A DNA stretch of 64,000 nt from Myxococcota bacterium (lineage in GTDB: Bacteria; Myxococcota; Kuafuiibacteriia; Kuafuiibacteriales; Kuafuiibacteriaceae), in the NCBI GenBank assembly GCA_965223435.1, contig CBDCWQ010000023.1, forward strand, positions 930,607-994,606, read 5' to 3'. How positions within the stretch are numbered: the stretch's first letter is position 1; each line of letters begins with the position of its first letter. The notes under the pieces are model-generated. The model was not told the DNA's origin, did no database searches, and saw only the letters and a list, made by a program, of their open reading frames with translations. Below, piece after piece: positions 10,584 to 19,856 of this stretch. Both the position numbers and the translations under genes were made by a program.

Positions 10584-11014
10584 CGCGCTCCCCCTCTTCG
10601 CCTTCGTCGGCGAGACTGAACCCGGTCGCCTTGAGCAAAAGTTGAGCCAGGAGCTCGACCGCTGTTGTGCGCCACTTGGGATCTAGAGTCGAGAGATGGA
10701 TCGGGCTCTGAAACAGTCGAAGCTGTGCTACCAGTTTCGGCTTGCGGGCTTGATTCGGCATTGGCGTCCTCCTTGAGACGACTCTTGCCTACTGTCGAAG
10801 ACTGATCGAGCTCTACTTCTGCGAGGATTCTCTTTAGTTCCTCCATCGCGCAAACGGACACCCGGGGCGGCCCGAGCTTCATATGACTACATGCCCCCGA
10901 ATCGAACATCCAAGCGGGTATAGCTGCGCCAGAATCGTTCGATAGGAAACAGATGTACACTCGTTCTGCTCCGCGCGCCTCTTCATAAGCGACATCAACT
11001 TTCTTGCCAAACAA
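10580..11014 (-). CDS. Hypothetical protein translationally coupled (ATGA overlap) to the serine recombinase gene. Its N-terminus may have been removed by the IS66 fragment.
   Basis: ATGA overlap at 10580-10583. Low-complexity C-terminal half. No recognisable domain. Confidence 0.3.
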   Translation of the reverse strand: MFGKKVDVAYEEARGAERVYICFLSNDSGAAIPAWMFDSGACSHMKLGPPRVSVCAMEELKRILAEVELDQSSTVGKSRLKEDANAESSPQAETGSTASTVSEPDPSLDSRSQVAHNSGRAPGSTFAQGDRVQSRRRRRRGGAR

Positions 11015-11075
11015 CGGATGCCATGGATACGCAATACGAGCGCTAAATTCGGCATGGGCAGAATGAGCTTGGGCT

Positions 11076-11398
11076 TGCTTCCGGAAGAAAGTCCTGGCTC
11101 TTTGCTGGCTCCAGGGGAGGCGCCGAGCGATTCGCCGACGTCCTTTCGGTTGTCTCCACCGCCGACGCAGCAGGCGTCGATTGTGGAAAGTACCTTCCTA
11201 GCATCATCGCCAACATCGACACTTGGCCGAACCGGGAGCTCGATCAGCTCTTGCCAGCCAACTGGCAAACCGCGCTCGAAGATTTCCTTCGCGAGAATAA
11301 CATTCAGCACTCCACACCTGCTGTACATTGAGCGCAGACCTCAACGTTACACCATGAAGCGGGCCGGGCTAGACGCCCCAAAAAGAACAGTTACGTTA
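11076..11398 (+). mobile_element. Solo 3' fragment (~320 bp) of an IS66-family element, covering the last ~85 codons of tnpC plus the right terminal IR.
   Basis: Near-identical to 55430-55752 of the complete IS66 in this window. The IR 'cgccccaaaaagaacagttacgtta' is present. The antisense ORF 10879-11328 shares its N-terminus with antisense ORF 54573-55682. Confidence 0.8.
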
Positions 11399-11414
11399 AA
11401 AGGGTGTGGGCTTA

Positions 11415-11449
11415 GGGAGCTGTGGCTGTTGGTAGCAGCCACAGCTCCC
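11415..11449. repeat. Perfect 14-bp inverted repeat with a 7-nt loop (GGGAGCTGTGGCTG-ttggtag-CAGCCACAGCTCCC), immediately outside the IS66 IR.
   Basis: Read directly from the sequence. Followed by 'gccctttgtt'. Could be a terminator or a protein-binding palindrome. Confidence 0.6.
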
Positions 11450-11460
11450 GCCCTTTGTTA

Positions 11461-11562
11461 ATTGCAGTAAGTATACCCAAAAGTACCAATATTGTAGATA
11501 CTTATATCAATGAAAACATGTGGTTGTACCTATGATATATGTACTTATGGTAAGATCTGGCT
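11461..11562. promoter_or_regulatory. ~100-bp AT-rich island with repeated GTAC...TACTTAT half-sites, directly upstream of the Cro-like gene. Putative operator/promoter.
   Basis: 'gtaccaatattgtagatacttatatcaatg' and 'gtacctatgatatatgtacttatggtaag'. The composition is sharply different from the surrounding DNA. Confidence 0.4.
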
Positions 11563-11817
11563 ATGGTCCGGAAGATCTCGGGAACCTATAACAGTCGTGC
11601 TCGTCAGCATCTGATCCGGCACATCGAACGATATTGGCCGTCCCAAGCAGAATTTGCCCGCACCGCCGGTGTGAAGATTCAGCATCTCAATCAGATCGCG
11701 AAGGGAGCCCTGCGGCCCGGCCTTAAGTACGCGGTGGAGATTGAGCGCGTGTCAGCCGACAAAGGCGATCCGATTCTTCCCCGCGAGTGGATGGATGAGA
11801 GCGGAGGTACTTCTTGA
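11563..11817 (+). CDS. Cro/YdaS-like HTH transcriptional regulator (84 aa).
   Basis: 'EFARTAGVKIQHLNQIAKG' is an HTH of the YdaS/Cro class. Isolated in a mobile-element debris field. Confidence 0.55.
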   Translation: MVRKISGTYNSRARQHLIRHIERYWPSQAEFARTAGVKIQHLNQIAKGALRPGLKYAVEIERVSADKGDPILPREWMDESGGTS

Positions 11818-11835
11818 GGTTCGAGATCAGCACCC

Positions 11836-13623
11836 TTAGGCAGTGGTGTGGACCAGGCTAATAAATTTTTCCCCCGGGGCTAAAGGGGGACCGTCTGGTG
11901 AGAGGACTCGTACAGCGCCATCAGATGGTGACCACGCCACTAGCGGAATGGCTCCGTTGTCGTAAGTTTCCTGGAAGGCCTCGTAAGTAAACTGCTCAGT
12001 AATTGTTGTCACCTTGAACTCACCATTCTTCAGCAAGGCGTCTGTAAGTTCTTCATGCGTATGGCCTGAGGCAAAGTACCGGGCACGAAGATGGATTGGA
12101 TACCGGTGCGTGTCATCTTCCATCGATGGGGTTAGCTGATAGACTTCATGGCCGAAGACGTCCTGAAAATGGAGCCCGCAAAGTGCATTGGCTTCATCGT
12201 TGGGAAGAAGGGCGATCATGCGGCCGAGGCCGTCATAGTCGAGGCGACTCATGGCATGTTCAGAGAGTGCATGGGCATGTTGTGCATCGAGTCCGGCCAT
12301 CCGCGCTTTGGTGACTTGTCCACGGTCAGAATCAACCAAAACAACAGGTACGCCTTCTTGTTTGAGGCACTGCGCAAAGGCTCGGGCTAGGCGGTCTGCC
12401 CCCACGATGAGAAAACCCGCTGGGTTTTGGTCTCCGAGGCGAAGGATTCGAGCCAAGGGCGCCGCGCTTAGTCCATATACGGCGACCGTCGACACAATGA
12501 CGAGGAAGGTCACCGGCATGATCTGGCCGGCGCCCTGAAAGCCTTCCTCCGTGAGACGAATACCAAAGACGGAAGAAACCGCCGCAGCGACAATGCCTCG
12601 GGGGGCAAGCCAAGCAAGAAAAACACGTTCCTTCCAAGAAAGTGAGGTGCCGATAGTGGACAAATACGTCGCGAGAGGGCGAACAACCAAAATGAGCGCC
12701 AGAATAAAGGCGACTACGCCCAGGGGGATTTGAGAAAAAGAGGTCAGCTCAATTCTCGCCGCCAAGAGGACAAAAAGGACAGATATGATCGCAACCGTGA
12801 TGTGTTCGGCAAACTCAACGATGGGCCGTACGTCAACGGAGCGCTGGGATGCGAGCGCAATACCCATGATCGTGACGGAAAAAAGACCCGATTCCGACTG
12901 AATGTGGTTCGATGCAGTGAAGACCACAAGGGCCAGAGTGATGGTGCTGCTATTGGTTAAAAAAGCGGGGAGCCACCGTTTCTTCAGGAGCATCTGAATG
13001 AGAAACGCACCTCCGATCCCGAGGAGCAAAGCAACCGCTGCGGTTTTGATGATACCAGTGACAACAACCCAAAACGCACCCTCAACACTGGGAACACGAA
13101 CCGCTTGAAAGACCAAGATGGCTAAAACTGCGCCCACCGGATCGTTGAGGATCCCTTCGAGTTTAATGAGCGATCCAAGTGTTGCCTTTGGCTTAACGTG
13201 ACGAAGAAGAGGTCCGATGACGGTGGGGCCCGTCACCACCAAGATTGCACCGAGTAGGAGTGCCATCGGCCAAGAGAAATCCAAGAAGTGGTGCGCGGCA
13301 GCAGCGCTCAGTGCCCACGTCACCAGGAGTCCGATGGTCACCAGCCTACGGACGGGCTGTGCCACCAGACGAATCTCCGAAAGGGGTGCGCCAAGGCCCC
13401 CCTCAAATAGAACGATCGCGGCCGCTATGGATACGATGGGCAAGGTTGCAGGACCGAGAAGTGCCCCTGGATCCACCAGGTTTGTGACAGGGCCGGCGAC
13501 AAAACCGACCGAGAGCAGCATCAATATAGAGGGAAATCTTAGGCGCCAAGCGATCCACTGCGAAATCGCTCCGAGCGCCAAGACAGTCACTAAGCCAACG
13601 ATAAGATGCTCGTTCACAGGATT
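11836..13623 (-). CDS. CPA1-family Na+/H+ antiporter (NhaP-type) with a C-terminal cytoplasmic regulatory domain. Start probably the GTG at 13623; the ORF tool extends to 13710.
   Basis: ~12 TM helices followed by a ~200-aa soluble domain. The N-terminal extension 'MLGVPAPHSKRRCFFRQTPCRL' looks non-coding. Confidence 0.8.
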   Translation of the reverse strand, partial: NPVNEHLIVGLVTVLALGAISQWIAWRLRFPSILMLLSVGFVAGPVTNLVDPGALLGPATLPIVSIAAAIVLFEGGLGAPLSEIRLVAQPVRRLVTIGLLVTWALSAAAAHHFLDFSWPMALLLGAILVVTGPTVIGPLLRHVKPKATLGSLIKLEGILNDPVGAVLAILVFQAVRVPSVEGAFWVVVTGIIKTAAVALLLGIGGAFLIQMLLKKRWLPAFLTNSSTITLALVVFTASNHIQSESGLFSVTIMGIALASQRSVDVRPIVEFAEHITVAIISVLFVLLAARIELTSFSQIPLGVVAFILALILVVRPLATYLSTIGTSLSWKERVFLAWLAPRGIVAAAVSSVFGIRLTEEGFQGAGQIMPVTFLVIVSTVAVYGLSAAPLARILRLGDQNPAGFLIVGADRLARAFAQCLKQEGVPVVLVDSDRGQVTKARMAGLDAQHAHALSEHAMSRLDYDGLGRMIALLPNDEANALCGLHFQDVFGHEVYQLTPSMEDDTHRYPIHLRARYFASGHTHEELTDALLKNGEFKVTTITEQFTYEAFQETYDNGAIPLVAWSPSDGAVRVLSPDGPPLAPGEKFISLVHTTA

Positions 13624-13643
13624 CACCGAACAGGAGAAAATGC

Positions 13644-14648
13644 CTAGGCGGCAAGGAGTTTGTCGAAAGAAGCACCTTCTTTTCGAATGAGGCGCCGGTA
13701 CGCCCAACAAATTTTTCTAAGGCGCTCGGGATGAGCAGCAAGTCGTTCCACTTCAGCCCAACGGGCCCACTCGCGTGCGATGCTCCACGTTGGGTCGTCT
13801 ACCTCGCAGTTCGGTAGCCGATAGTGAAAAGCGGGGCGGGCGCTGACGAGCTCGGGTTCTTGTACCTTAGATTCTACCGCCTCTTTATCTCGTTCGGCGA
13901 GAATGGGAAGCAGGTCCAAAGCTCGATTTCGCGTTGGATTCATTGAGACGTAGTCCGCGAGAAATTCATCGAACGAGGGCGAGTATTGCGGATCGAGGAT
14001 GCGTTCTCGGTACGTCTTCGGAAACGGCTCGATGTACGATCCGATCCGGCGCGATAGGTCAGGATCGATATCCTTGATGAGCCAATCCCACAGGAGAACA
14101 AATGCTCTGGTGTAGGCGAGCAAAGTCACCGTTTTCAAGTCTGGGGCCTCCACATTGAGGTGAAGTCCAAACGCATAAAATGGTGAGGCGCCGGTCCCTT
14201 TCGCGCCTGCGTTCACGAGTTTTCTACGTAGAATCTCTAGCTCGGGCAAATCGTTCAATTGAATCGGTGGGGCTGTGATCTCACACGGAACCACCGCTTC
14301 CGCGAAAAACTCAGCGCCGTCAGTGAGTAGATTCGCTAGCTTTGAGTCTTTGACATCCAATCCCAGACGGTCAAAAAACGAAAGATGTTTCTCCTTTTTG
14401 AGAAACTGAGCGTCAAAGGAAACGACGAAGACTCCCCTTCGCGTATCTTGGATTTCGATCTCAAACGCAGATTTTTTGGCAATTTTGCCCCCGAACTGTT
14501 GGCAGACAAGCTTAGCCACGCACTCGATGTCCAGGCCGGAGAATTCGAGCTCAACGCCAATCCGACGAGGCTGTCCAGACTGAGTAAGCAACCGAAGAGG
14601 TCGTACGAAGGCAGAGGGGCTCGGGATACGATAACTTGAATTCCGCAT
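13644..14648 (-). CDS. Putative glutamine-synthetase-like amidoligase (Amidoligase_2-like), first gene of an operon with the NhaP antiporter.
   Basis: 'RIGVELEFSG' (E-x-E metal motif) and 'FGLHLNVEAPD'. Size ~300 aa. The assignment is from memory of the family. Confidence 0.5.
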   Translation of the reverse strand: MRNSSYRIPSPSAFVRPLRLLTQSGQPRRIGVELEFSGLDIECVAKLVCQQFGGKIAKKSAFEIEIQDTRRGVFVVSFDAQFLKKEKHLSFFDRLGLDVKDSKLANLLTDGAEFFAEAVVPCEITAPPIQLNDLPELEILRRKLVNAGAKGTGASPFYAFGLHLNVEAPDLKTVTLLAYTRAFVLLWDWLIKDIDPDLSRRIGSYIEPFPKTYRERILDPQYSPSFDEFLADYVSMNPTRNRALDLLPILAERDKEAVESKVQEPELVSARPAFHYRLPNCEVDDPTWSIAREWARWAEVERLAAHPERLRKICWAYRRLIRKEGASFDKLLAA

Positions 14649-14662
14649 TGGTCAGATAGGAT

Positions 14663-14678
14663 TGCAAGTCCTGTTCCA
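14663..14678 (-). promoter_or_regulatory. Sigma-54 promoter candidate, minus strand: TGGAAC-aggac-TTGCA.
   Basis: One core mismatch with exact spacing. ~10-50 nt upstream of the amidoligase start, depending on which start is chosen. Confidence 0.5.
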
Positions 14679-14766
14679 GGATTTGGATGGTGAAAGCCCA
14701 GGTTTTCATGTGGCGCGCATGCCACACTGAGGCAATTTGCCCCGTCCTTGAGGAAGCTTACCGTCG

Positions 14767-15456
14767 CTACTCGCCGCCGACCTTTTCCATAAAGTGATTC
14801 ATGTTGTCGGCCTCGCCGACGAGCATCAGTGTATCGCCCTCGTTGATTCGATACTCAAGGTCAGGGATTCTCAGTCGGGGGCGAACCCCGGAAGCCACTG
14901 GGCTGCTCCCGCTTCGAAAACCGAGGACCATGATCCCGAAGCGTTCGAAAATCTTGGCCTCTTGAAGGGATTTACCCATCAAAGGGCCCGATGCGGCCCA
15001 GGGGATGACGCGGTAGTTTTGGGCAAACTCAATGAGGTCCTCCGAAATGGGTGCGAACAACTCATTGGCTACTCTTCGTCCCATTTCGGCCTCAACCTCT
15101 AGGGTTCGTGTCGCGCCGACTGTCTTGAGGATATCTGCTTGCCTTGGCGTCGCGGCCCGAACAACGATCTGCGAAATACCGAGTTCTTTGAGCGTCGCGA
15201 CGGTAAGGACCGAGGCTTCCAGGCTTTCCCCGTAAGTCACGATGGCAGCATCGATCTTTTCAATACCGAGATTTTCAAGGACTTCCTTTTGTGCACTGTC
15301 GCCCACGAAGGCGGCGCTAGACCGTGACTTTATCTCCTCGATTGTTTTCTCATTGGCATCCAATACCATCACATCGACGCCCGACTCCCAAAGAGCTTCC
15401 GCCAAGGCGCGGCCGAGGCGCCCGAGTCCGACGACCAAGATTTTCTTGTTCTCCAT
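14767..15456 (-). CDS. trkA: TrkA/KtrA potassium-uptake regulatory subunit (RCK N and C domains).
   Basis: 'KILVVGLGRLGRALAEAL' is a Rossmann motif, followed by a TrkA-C domain. Start taken at the internal Met 'MENKK'. Confidence 0.85.
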   Translation of the reverse strand: MENKKILVVGLGRLGRALAEALWESGVDVMVLDANEKTIEEIKSRSSAAFVGDSAQKEVLENLGIEKIDAAIVTYGESLEASVLTVATLKELGISQIVVRAATPRQADILKTVGATRTLEVEAEMGRRVANELFAPISEDLIEFAQNYRVIPWAASGPLMGKSLQEAKIFERFGIMVLGFRSGSSPVASGVRPRLRIPDLEYRINEGDTLMLVGEADNMNHFMEKVGGE

Positions 15457-15464
15457 GGTGTACC

Positions 15465-17276
15465 TTACCCGATTAAGACATCTTCTTTTGGAAACTGGCA
15501 AGGTGAAGGCTCGCGGCTATGCATGAGTGCCAAAGCAAAGGCCAGGGGACCTACCCGGCCGACCAACATGGTCAAGGTCACCAAGAGCTTTCCCGCCACC
15601 GAAAGCTCTTGGGTGAGGCCCGTGGACAGCCCTACAGTGGCGAAGGCACTAAAGGCTTCGAAAGAGATTGCCATGGAAGGTGCATCTTCGGTCACCAGAA
15701 GACAAAACATGACCGCAGAGACGACCAGGACGCTGGTGAAAAATACTCCCAACACACGTTTCACCAGGCGTGTCGACAGTTTTCTACCTAACAGGTGGGG
15801 GTCTTTGCTGTTCGCGGCTTCTGCCCGAAACGTTGCGAATAAGATAGCCAACGACGTGGTTTTGATACCACCACCGGTTGAACCTGGAGATGCTCCCACA
15901 AACATCACCAAACAAATGAACATGAGGGCAGGTGCGCCGACTTGTGAAAAATCAACCGTATTGAATCCAGCAGTGCGCGCCGTGATAGATTGAAAGAGTC
16001 CTCCAAGAATTCTCTCGAAAAACGTGCGTTCTTTGAGCGCGTTGTTCCATTCCAGTGCACCGAAGACTGCTGCGGTGACAAGCGTTAAACAAAGAGAAGT
16101 CCAAAGGACAACACGGGTATTAAGGCTTAGGCGGTCGGGTCTTTGTCCTCGTACTTTTTGCCAGAGTCTCTGGCCCAGTTCATCTAGGACAGGAAACCCC
16201 AGTCCTCCTGCTACGATCAACAGCATCAAAGCGAAGTTGATACCCCAGTGGTTGAAGTAGGGCTCCATCCCGCTTTCGAGAATAGAAAACCCGGCGTTGC
16301 AGAATGCGCTCACGGCATGGAACAACGCTTGCCAGAAGGGCTCCCATACGGCGGCTGCCCCATCAGAATCCATGCGAAAGAAGGCGTACAGAATCGCTGT
16401 GCCGATGCTCTCGAAGAGCAGGGTGTAAGCGATGGCCCCAAGGACGATACGTTTAAGTTGAGCCGCTGAGGACGCATCGACTGCCTGGGCGAGCACGGCT
16501 TGAGACCGAAAGCGCAATCGATTGCCCGCAATGAATACAAGGACGGACGACAAGGTCATGATCCCGAGGCCCCCGACTTGGATCAAGACCAAAATGATCG
16601 TTTGACCAAAAGGCGTATATGTTTCGGCCACGTTGTGAACCACGAGTCCGGTGACACAAACCGCGCTGACCGCCGTGAACAAGCTATCAATAAACGAAGC
16701 GCTGTTCTGTCCCCGGACTGCTTGGGGCAGAGCCAGGAGTAGCGCACCGATAATGCCCAAAAGCCCAAAGGCCATCGTCGCGAGGCGCTGAGGCTTTTCC
16801 GACCAATCGATGAGGACCTCTTTGGCTCCCATCGTTTTCGTAAGCAGACCGATGGCCACGGAGACCAGGAGGGCGGCGGTGTAGATGCGATGGGTGCCGA
16901 CCCACTCTGAAGTGGGTGGATTGGACTGAATGACCACAAGCCACTTTTGAACAAGGCTCAAGAGGAGCACCCCGGCACTTGCGATCCGAACCAACAGTAC
17001 GAACCCGCGGCTCTTCTGAAGCAGCCTAGAACTTGTCTCGGTGCGATCTCGCCTGAATAGGCCGATGATGAATGGAATCGCGAGCGTAGACTCGAGGAGT
17101 GTGAGTCCCAACGAAACGTACGCACGTACCCCGAGCAAGTAGTCCATGGTGAGGATGATGGCGGCCCCCACCATGCTCTGGATCCCTGCTCGGGTTGTTC
17201 CGGATCCGGTGGCGGTTGCCCCATCCTCGACGTTCATGTGCTCAAGTTCTGGGACATATGCGTTTGCCACGACCAC
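15465..17276 (-). CDS. trkH: TrkH/KtrB-family K+ transporter membrane subunit.
   Basis: Multi-pass membrane protein with the repeated M1PM2 architecture and GLG-type selectivity motifs. Adjacent to trkA. Confidence 0.85.
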   Translation of the reverse strand: MVVANAYVPELEHMNVEDGATATGSGTTRAGIQSMVGAAIILTMDYLLGVRAYVSLGLTLLESTLAIPFIIGLFRRDRTETSSRLLQKSRGFVLLVRIASAGVLLLSLVQKWLVVIQSNPPTSEWVGTHRIYTAALLVSVAIGLLTKTMGAKEVLIDWSEKPQRLATMAFGLLGIIGALLLALPQAVRGQNSASFIDSLFTAVSAVCVTGLVVHNVAETYTPFGQTIILVLIQVGGLGIMTLSSVLVFIAGNRLRFRSQAVLAQAVDASSAAQLKRIVLGAIAYTLLFESIGTAILYAFFRMDSDGAAAVWEPFWQALFHAVSAFCNAGFSILESGMEPYFNHWGINFALMLLIVAGGLGFPVLDELGQRLWQKVRGQRPDRLSLNTRVVLWTSLCLTLVTAAVFGALEWNNALKERTFFERILGGLFQSITARTAGFNTVDFSQVGAPALMFICLVMFVGASPGSTGGGIKTTSLAILFATFRAEAANSKDPHLLGRKLSTRLVKRVLGVFFTSVLVVSAVMFCLLVTEDAPSMAISFEAFSAFATVGLSTGLTQELSVAGKLLVTLTMLVGRVGPLAFALALMHSREPSPCQFPKEDVLIG

Positions 17277-17307
17277 CGGAACTGCGCGTACCTAGGTCGG
17301 TTGCTGG

Positions 17308-17601
17308 TCAAGAGTTTTTCAGACGCAGATACCCGCCCTTCAAGTCGGCCGCGATTTTCTTGGCCGTGGACTCTAGAACTTCTGAAGCTTGGGCTGACTT
17401 CTTTCCGAGCTCCTCGAGGGTGGACTCGAGCTTAAGCCATTGCGGCTCCAATTTTTCTAGGGCTTCTTTCTTCCCCAGATGGGCTTGGACCTTCAGTTCG
17501 TCCCGGGTGCGTCGCAGCTCCTCCAGGTCTCTCTTAAACTCCTCTTTCAGGTTTGTCATAAACGAATGCTCCTTTCGCAGGAACATACCAGCAACTTTCA
17601 T
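17308..17601 (-). CDS. Small coiled-coil hypothetical protein.
   Basis: 97 aa, K/E-rich heptads. Lies between nhaA and trkH. Confidence 0.4.
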   Translation of the reverse strand: MKVAGMFLRKEHSFMTNLKEEFKRDLEELRRTRDELKVQAHLGKKEALEKLEPQWLKLESTLEELGKKSAQASEVLESTAKKIAADLKGGYLRLKNS

Positions 17602-18954
17602 GCCAACGATTTCGAAGACGCGGGACCGCAGTATCTCAGCCAGATGAAGCCCAAGGTTCCTGACGCCAGCGACCCTAGAAGAATCCCTAATTTGGCCTGA
17701 TCGAGACGGGCAGCAGTAGGGAAAGCAAGGCCGGCGATAAACAGAGACATTGTAAACCCGATCCCCGCCAGCCAGCTTGTTCCCAGGACGTGGCGGAAGG
17801 AAACCCCATTCGGTAGTTCAGCGACGCCGATTCTGACTGCGAACCATGAACAAAGGGTGATGCCGACCGGTTTTCCGACAAAGAGCCCAAGGGCGATGCC
17901 CAAGCTTTCCGCCGATGTCCACACCGAGGTCAGGTCTTCAGGGAGGGTGACCCCCGCGTTGGCGAGGGCAAACAGGGGAAGCACACAATATGTCGCCACC
18001 GGCGCGAGGCTATGCTCCAGACGCTGTAAGGGCGCGCTGGCGAGCGCGATGGTGTTCGCAATGCTCTCCAACACCTGCTGTTGTTCCTTGGAGTTCAAAG
18101 CGTGATCTTCTGGGAGTCCAGCCGCATGAAGATCGGCCAAGTGTGCTTGCATGTTTTCGTTAAACTCGCTCCCATCGAGACGGGTTCGGGCCGGTATCAC
18201 GAATGACACCAACAGCGCGGCAATCGTGGCGTGCACGCCAGACTGGAGGAAGGCGAGCCACATCAACAGACCGATGATCAAGTAGATGAGGGGCGAGCGA
18301 ACGCGCAGTCGATTCGCGACGACGCACGCACTGAATATGAGGCCTCCCGCGCCAAGGCTCGCGAGGGCGAGATGGTCCGTGTAAAATAGTGCAATGACCA
18401 ACACCGCGCCAATGTCGTCAACGATTGCGAGTGCGCTCAAGAAGACCTTGAGTCCAACGGGGACATGGTGCCTCACAAGCGCGAGTATCCCGAGGGCAAA
18501 AGCGATATCGGTCGCCATCGGAATGCCCCAGCCGACGACGGTGGCTTCCCCACGATTGAGAAGATAGTAGATGGCGGCAGGTACGGCCATCCCGCCCACG
18601 GCGGCGACGGCTGGAAGGGTTGCCTGTCTTAGCGTTGAGAGTTCACCCACCAGCAGCTCACGTTTGATTTCGAGGCCGACTAGAAAGAAGAAGATCCCCA
18701 TGAGACCGTCATTGACCCAGTGAAGAGATGATTTTCCGAGGTGCCATGGCCCAATGGCAATAGAAATTTCGGTGTGAAGAAGCGCGTGGTACCGCGCGTG
18801 CCACGGCGTATTCGCAAACACGAGTGCCAAGAGGGCTGCCCCCAAGAGCAAGAAGGCACCGGCCAGGGGATGTGCCAGGAACGCCTGGACGGGTTGCACA
18901 AGGCGATCAATGGGACGATCCTGGAGGACGGTCGGTGTTTCATCGCCTCGCACC
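17598..18954 (-). CDS. nhaA: NhaA Na+/H+ antiporter. Start chosen at the internal Met; the ORF runs to 19010.
   Basis: 'GLMGIFFFLVGLEIKRELLVGELS' is the NhaA signature region. ~12 TM helices. Confidence 0.85.
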
Positions 18955-19168
18955 ATGAAAACTGGGGGACGATCCGTGGAACTCACTCTTCTTGCTTGCG
19001 TTTTTTTCACCCTCGAAACAAGTCCTAATAGCCCAGCACTTTTCGCTGTGGCGTATTGTCACGATTGGGACGTTCAGCCTCGCACACGCCGTGGCGTTCA
19101 GACGCGGAAGGGGTTCTTTCTACATCGCGCGGGATAAACCGGAAGCGGTCGTGTTGCATGTATCATGG

Positions 19169-19184
19169 TGGCACGAAGGTTGCT
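19169..19184 (+). promoter_or_regulatory. Exact-consensus sigma-54 promoter TGGCAC-gaagg-TTGCT on the plus strand with no plus-strand gene downstream. It would transcribe antisense to the LTXXQ and USP genes.
   Basis: Perfect 10/10 core match. The chance expectation of an exact core match is about 0.1 per 64 kb on both strands. Confidence 0.5.
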
Positions 19185-19369
19185 TCGGCATGGCGCAAGG
19201 ACTCAAGGAAGTCCCCTGGGTTCCAATGGAGTGGTGACTCTCCGCGGGGTGGTAGATAATCGAAAGGCAAAGAAGACCGCAGAACAACTCGCGGGGGCGC
19301 GATCGCAGTGGAAAACAACCTAAAGCTTCGCCAACTACCCTCGGCTGTCAACTAAGAACACAAGGCTTG

Positions 19370-19807
19370 CTAGAACTTGAGGTTCCAGGTCTTCTTGGCT
19401 AGCGCCTCAGCCTCATCGTACAGGTTCTCGAACGACTCGATTTGGTTCTCCAGCTGTTCTCGAGTGTCCACAAATGCTGTTGCGCCAGTCTGCTGGAGCA
19501 GGGCGAGGTTTCGGTTGGCCTTCTTTTTCACCTGGCTGATTCGTCTCTTGACCGTGGTGAAGCAGTTGTCATGACGATGTTCTGTCTGTTTCTTGAGAAG
19601 CGCCCACCTTTCCTCAACCGCCTCCAGCCGCAATCGGAGAATTTCCGCCGCGTTTCGTTGTCTAAGTGTCAGCGGTGCGACCGGTTCGATGCGAGGTTTT
19701 CCGACCGTTGGGGCTTCTGCGACAAAGGCATTTTGGGCGTTTTGACCCGGGCATCCCAAGGTTGTGCCTGCAATGGCGCTCGAAACGACGTAGACATGCA
19801 ATCTCAT
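19370..19807 (-). CDS. Secreted LTXXQ-motif (Spy/CpxP/ZraP-like) periplasmic protein, tentative.
   Basis: Signal peptide 'MRLHVYVVSSAIAGTTLG', an 'LTLRQ' motif, helical. Confidence 0.4.
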   Translation of the reverse strand: MRLHVYVVSSAIAGTTLGCPGQNAQNAFVAEAPTVGKPRIEPVAPLTLRQRNAAEILRLRLEAVEERWALLKKQTEHRHDNCFTTVKRRISQVKKKANRNLALLQQTGATAFVDTREQLENQIESFENLYDEAEALAKKTWNLKF

Positions 19808-19856
19808 CGTCCAGTGAGGGTGCACATTCCATACCACGTCAATTGAAGACAAGGAT

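Noticed and set aside
15523-15993. 156-aa plus-strand ORF
   Set aside because: Antisense to trkH.
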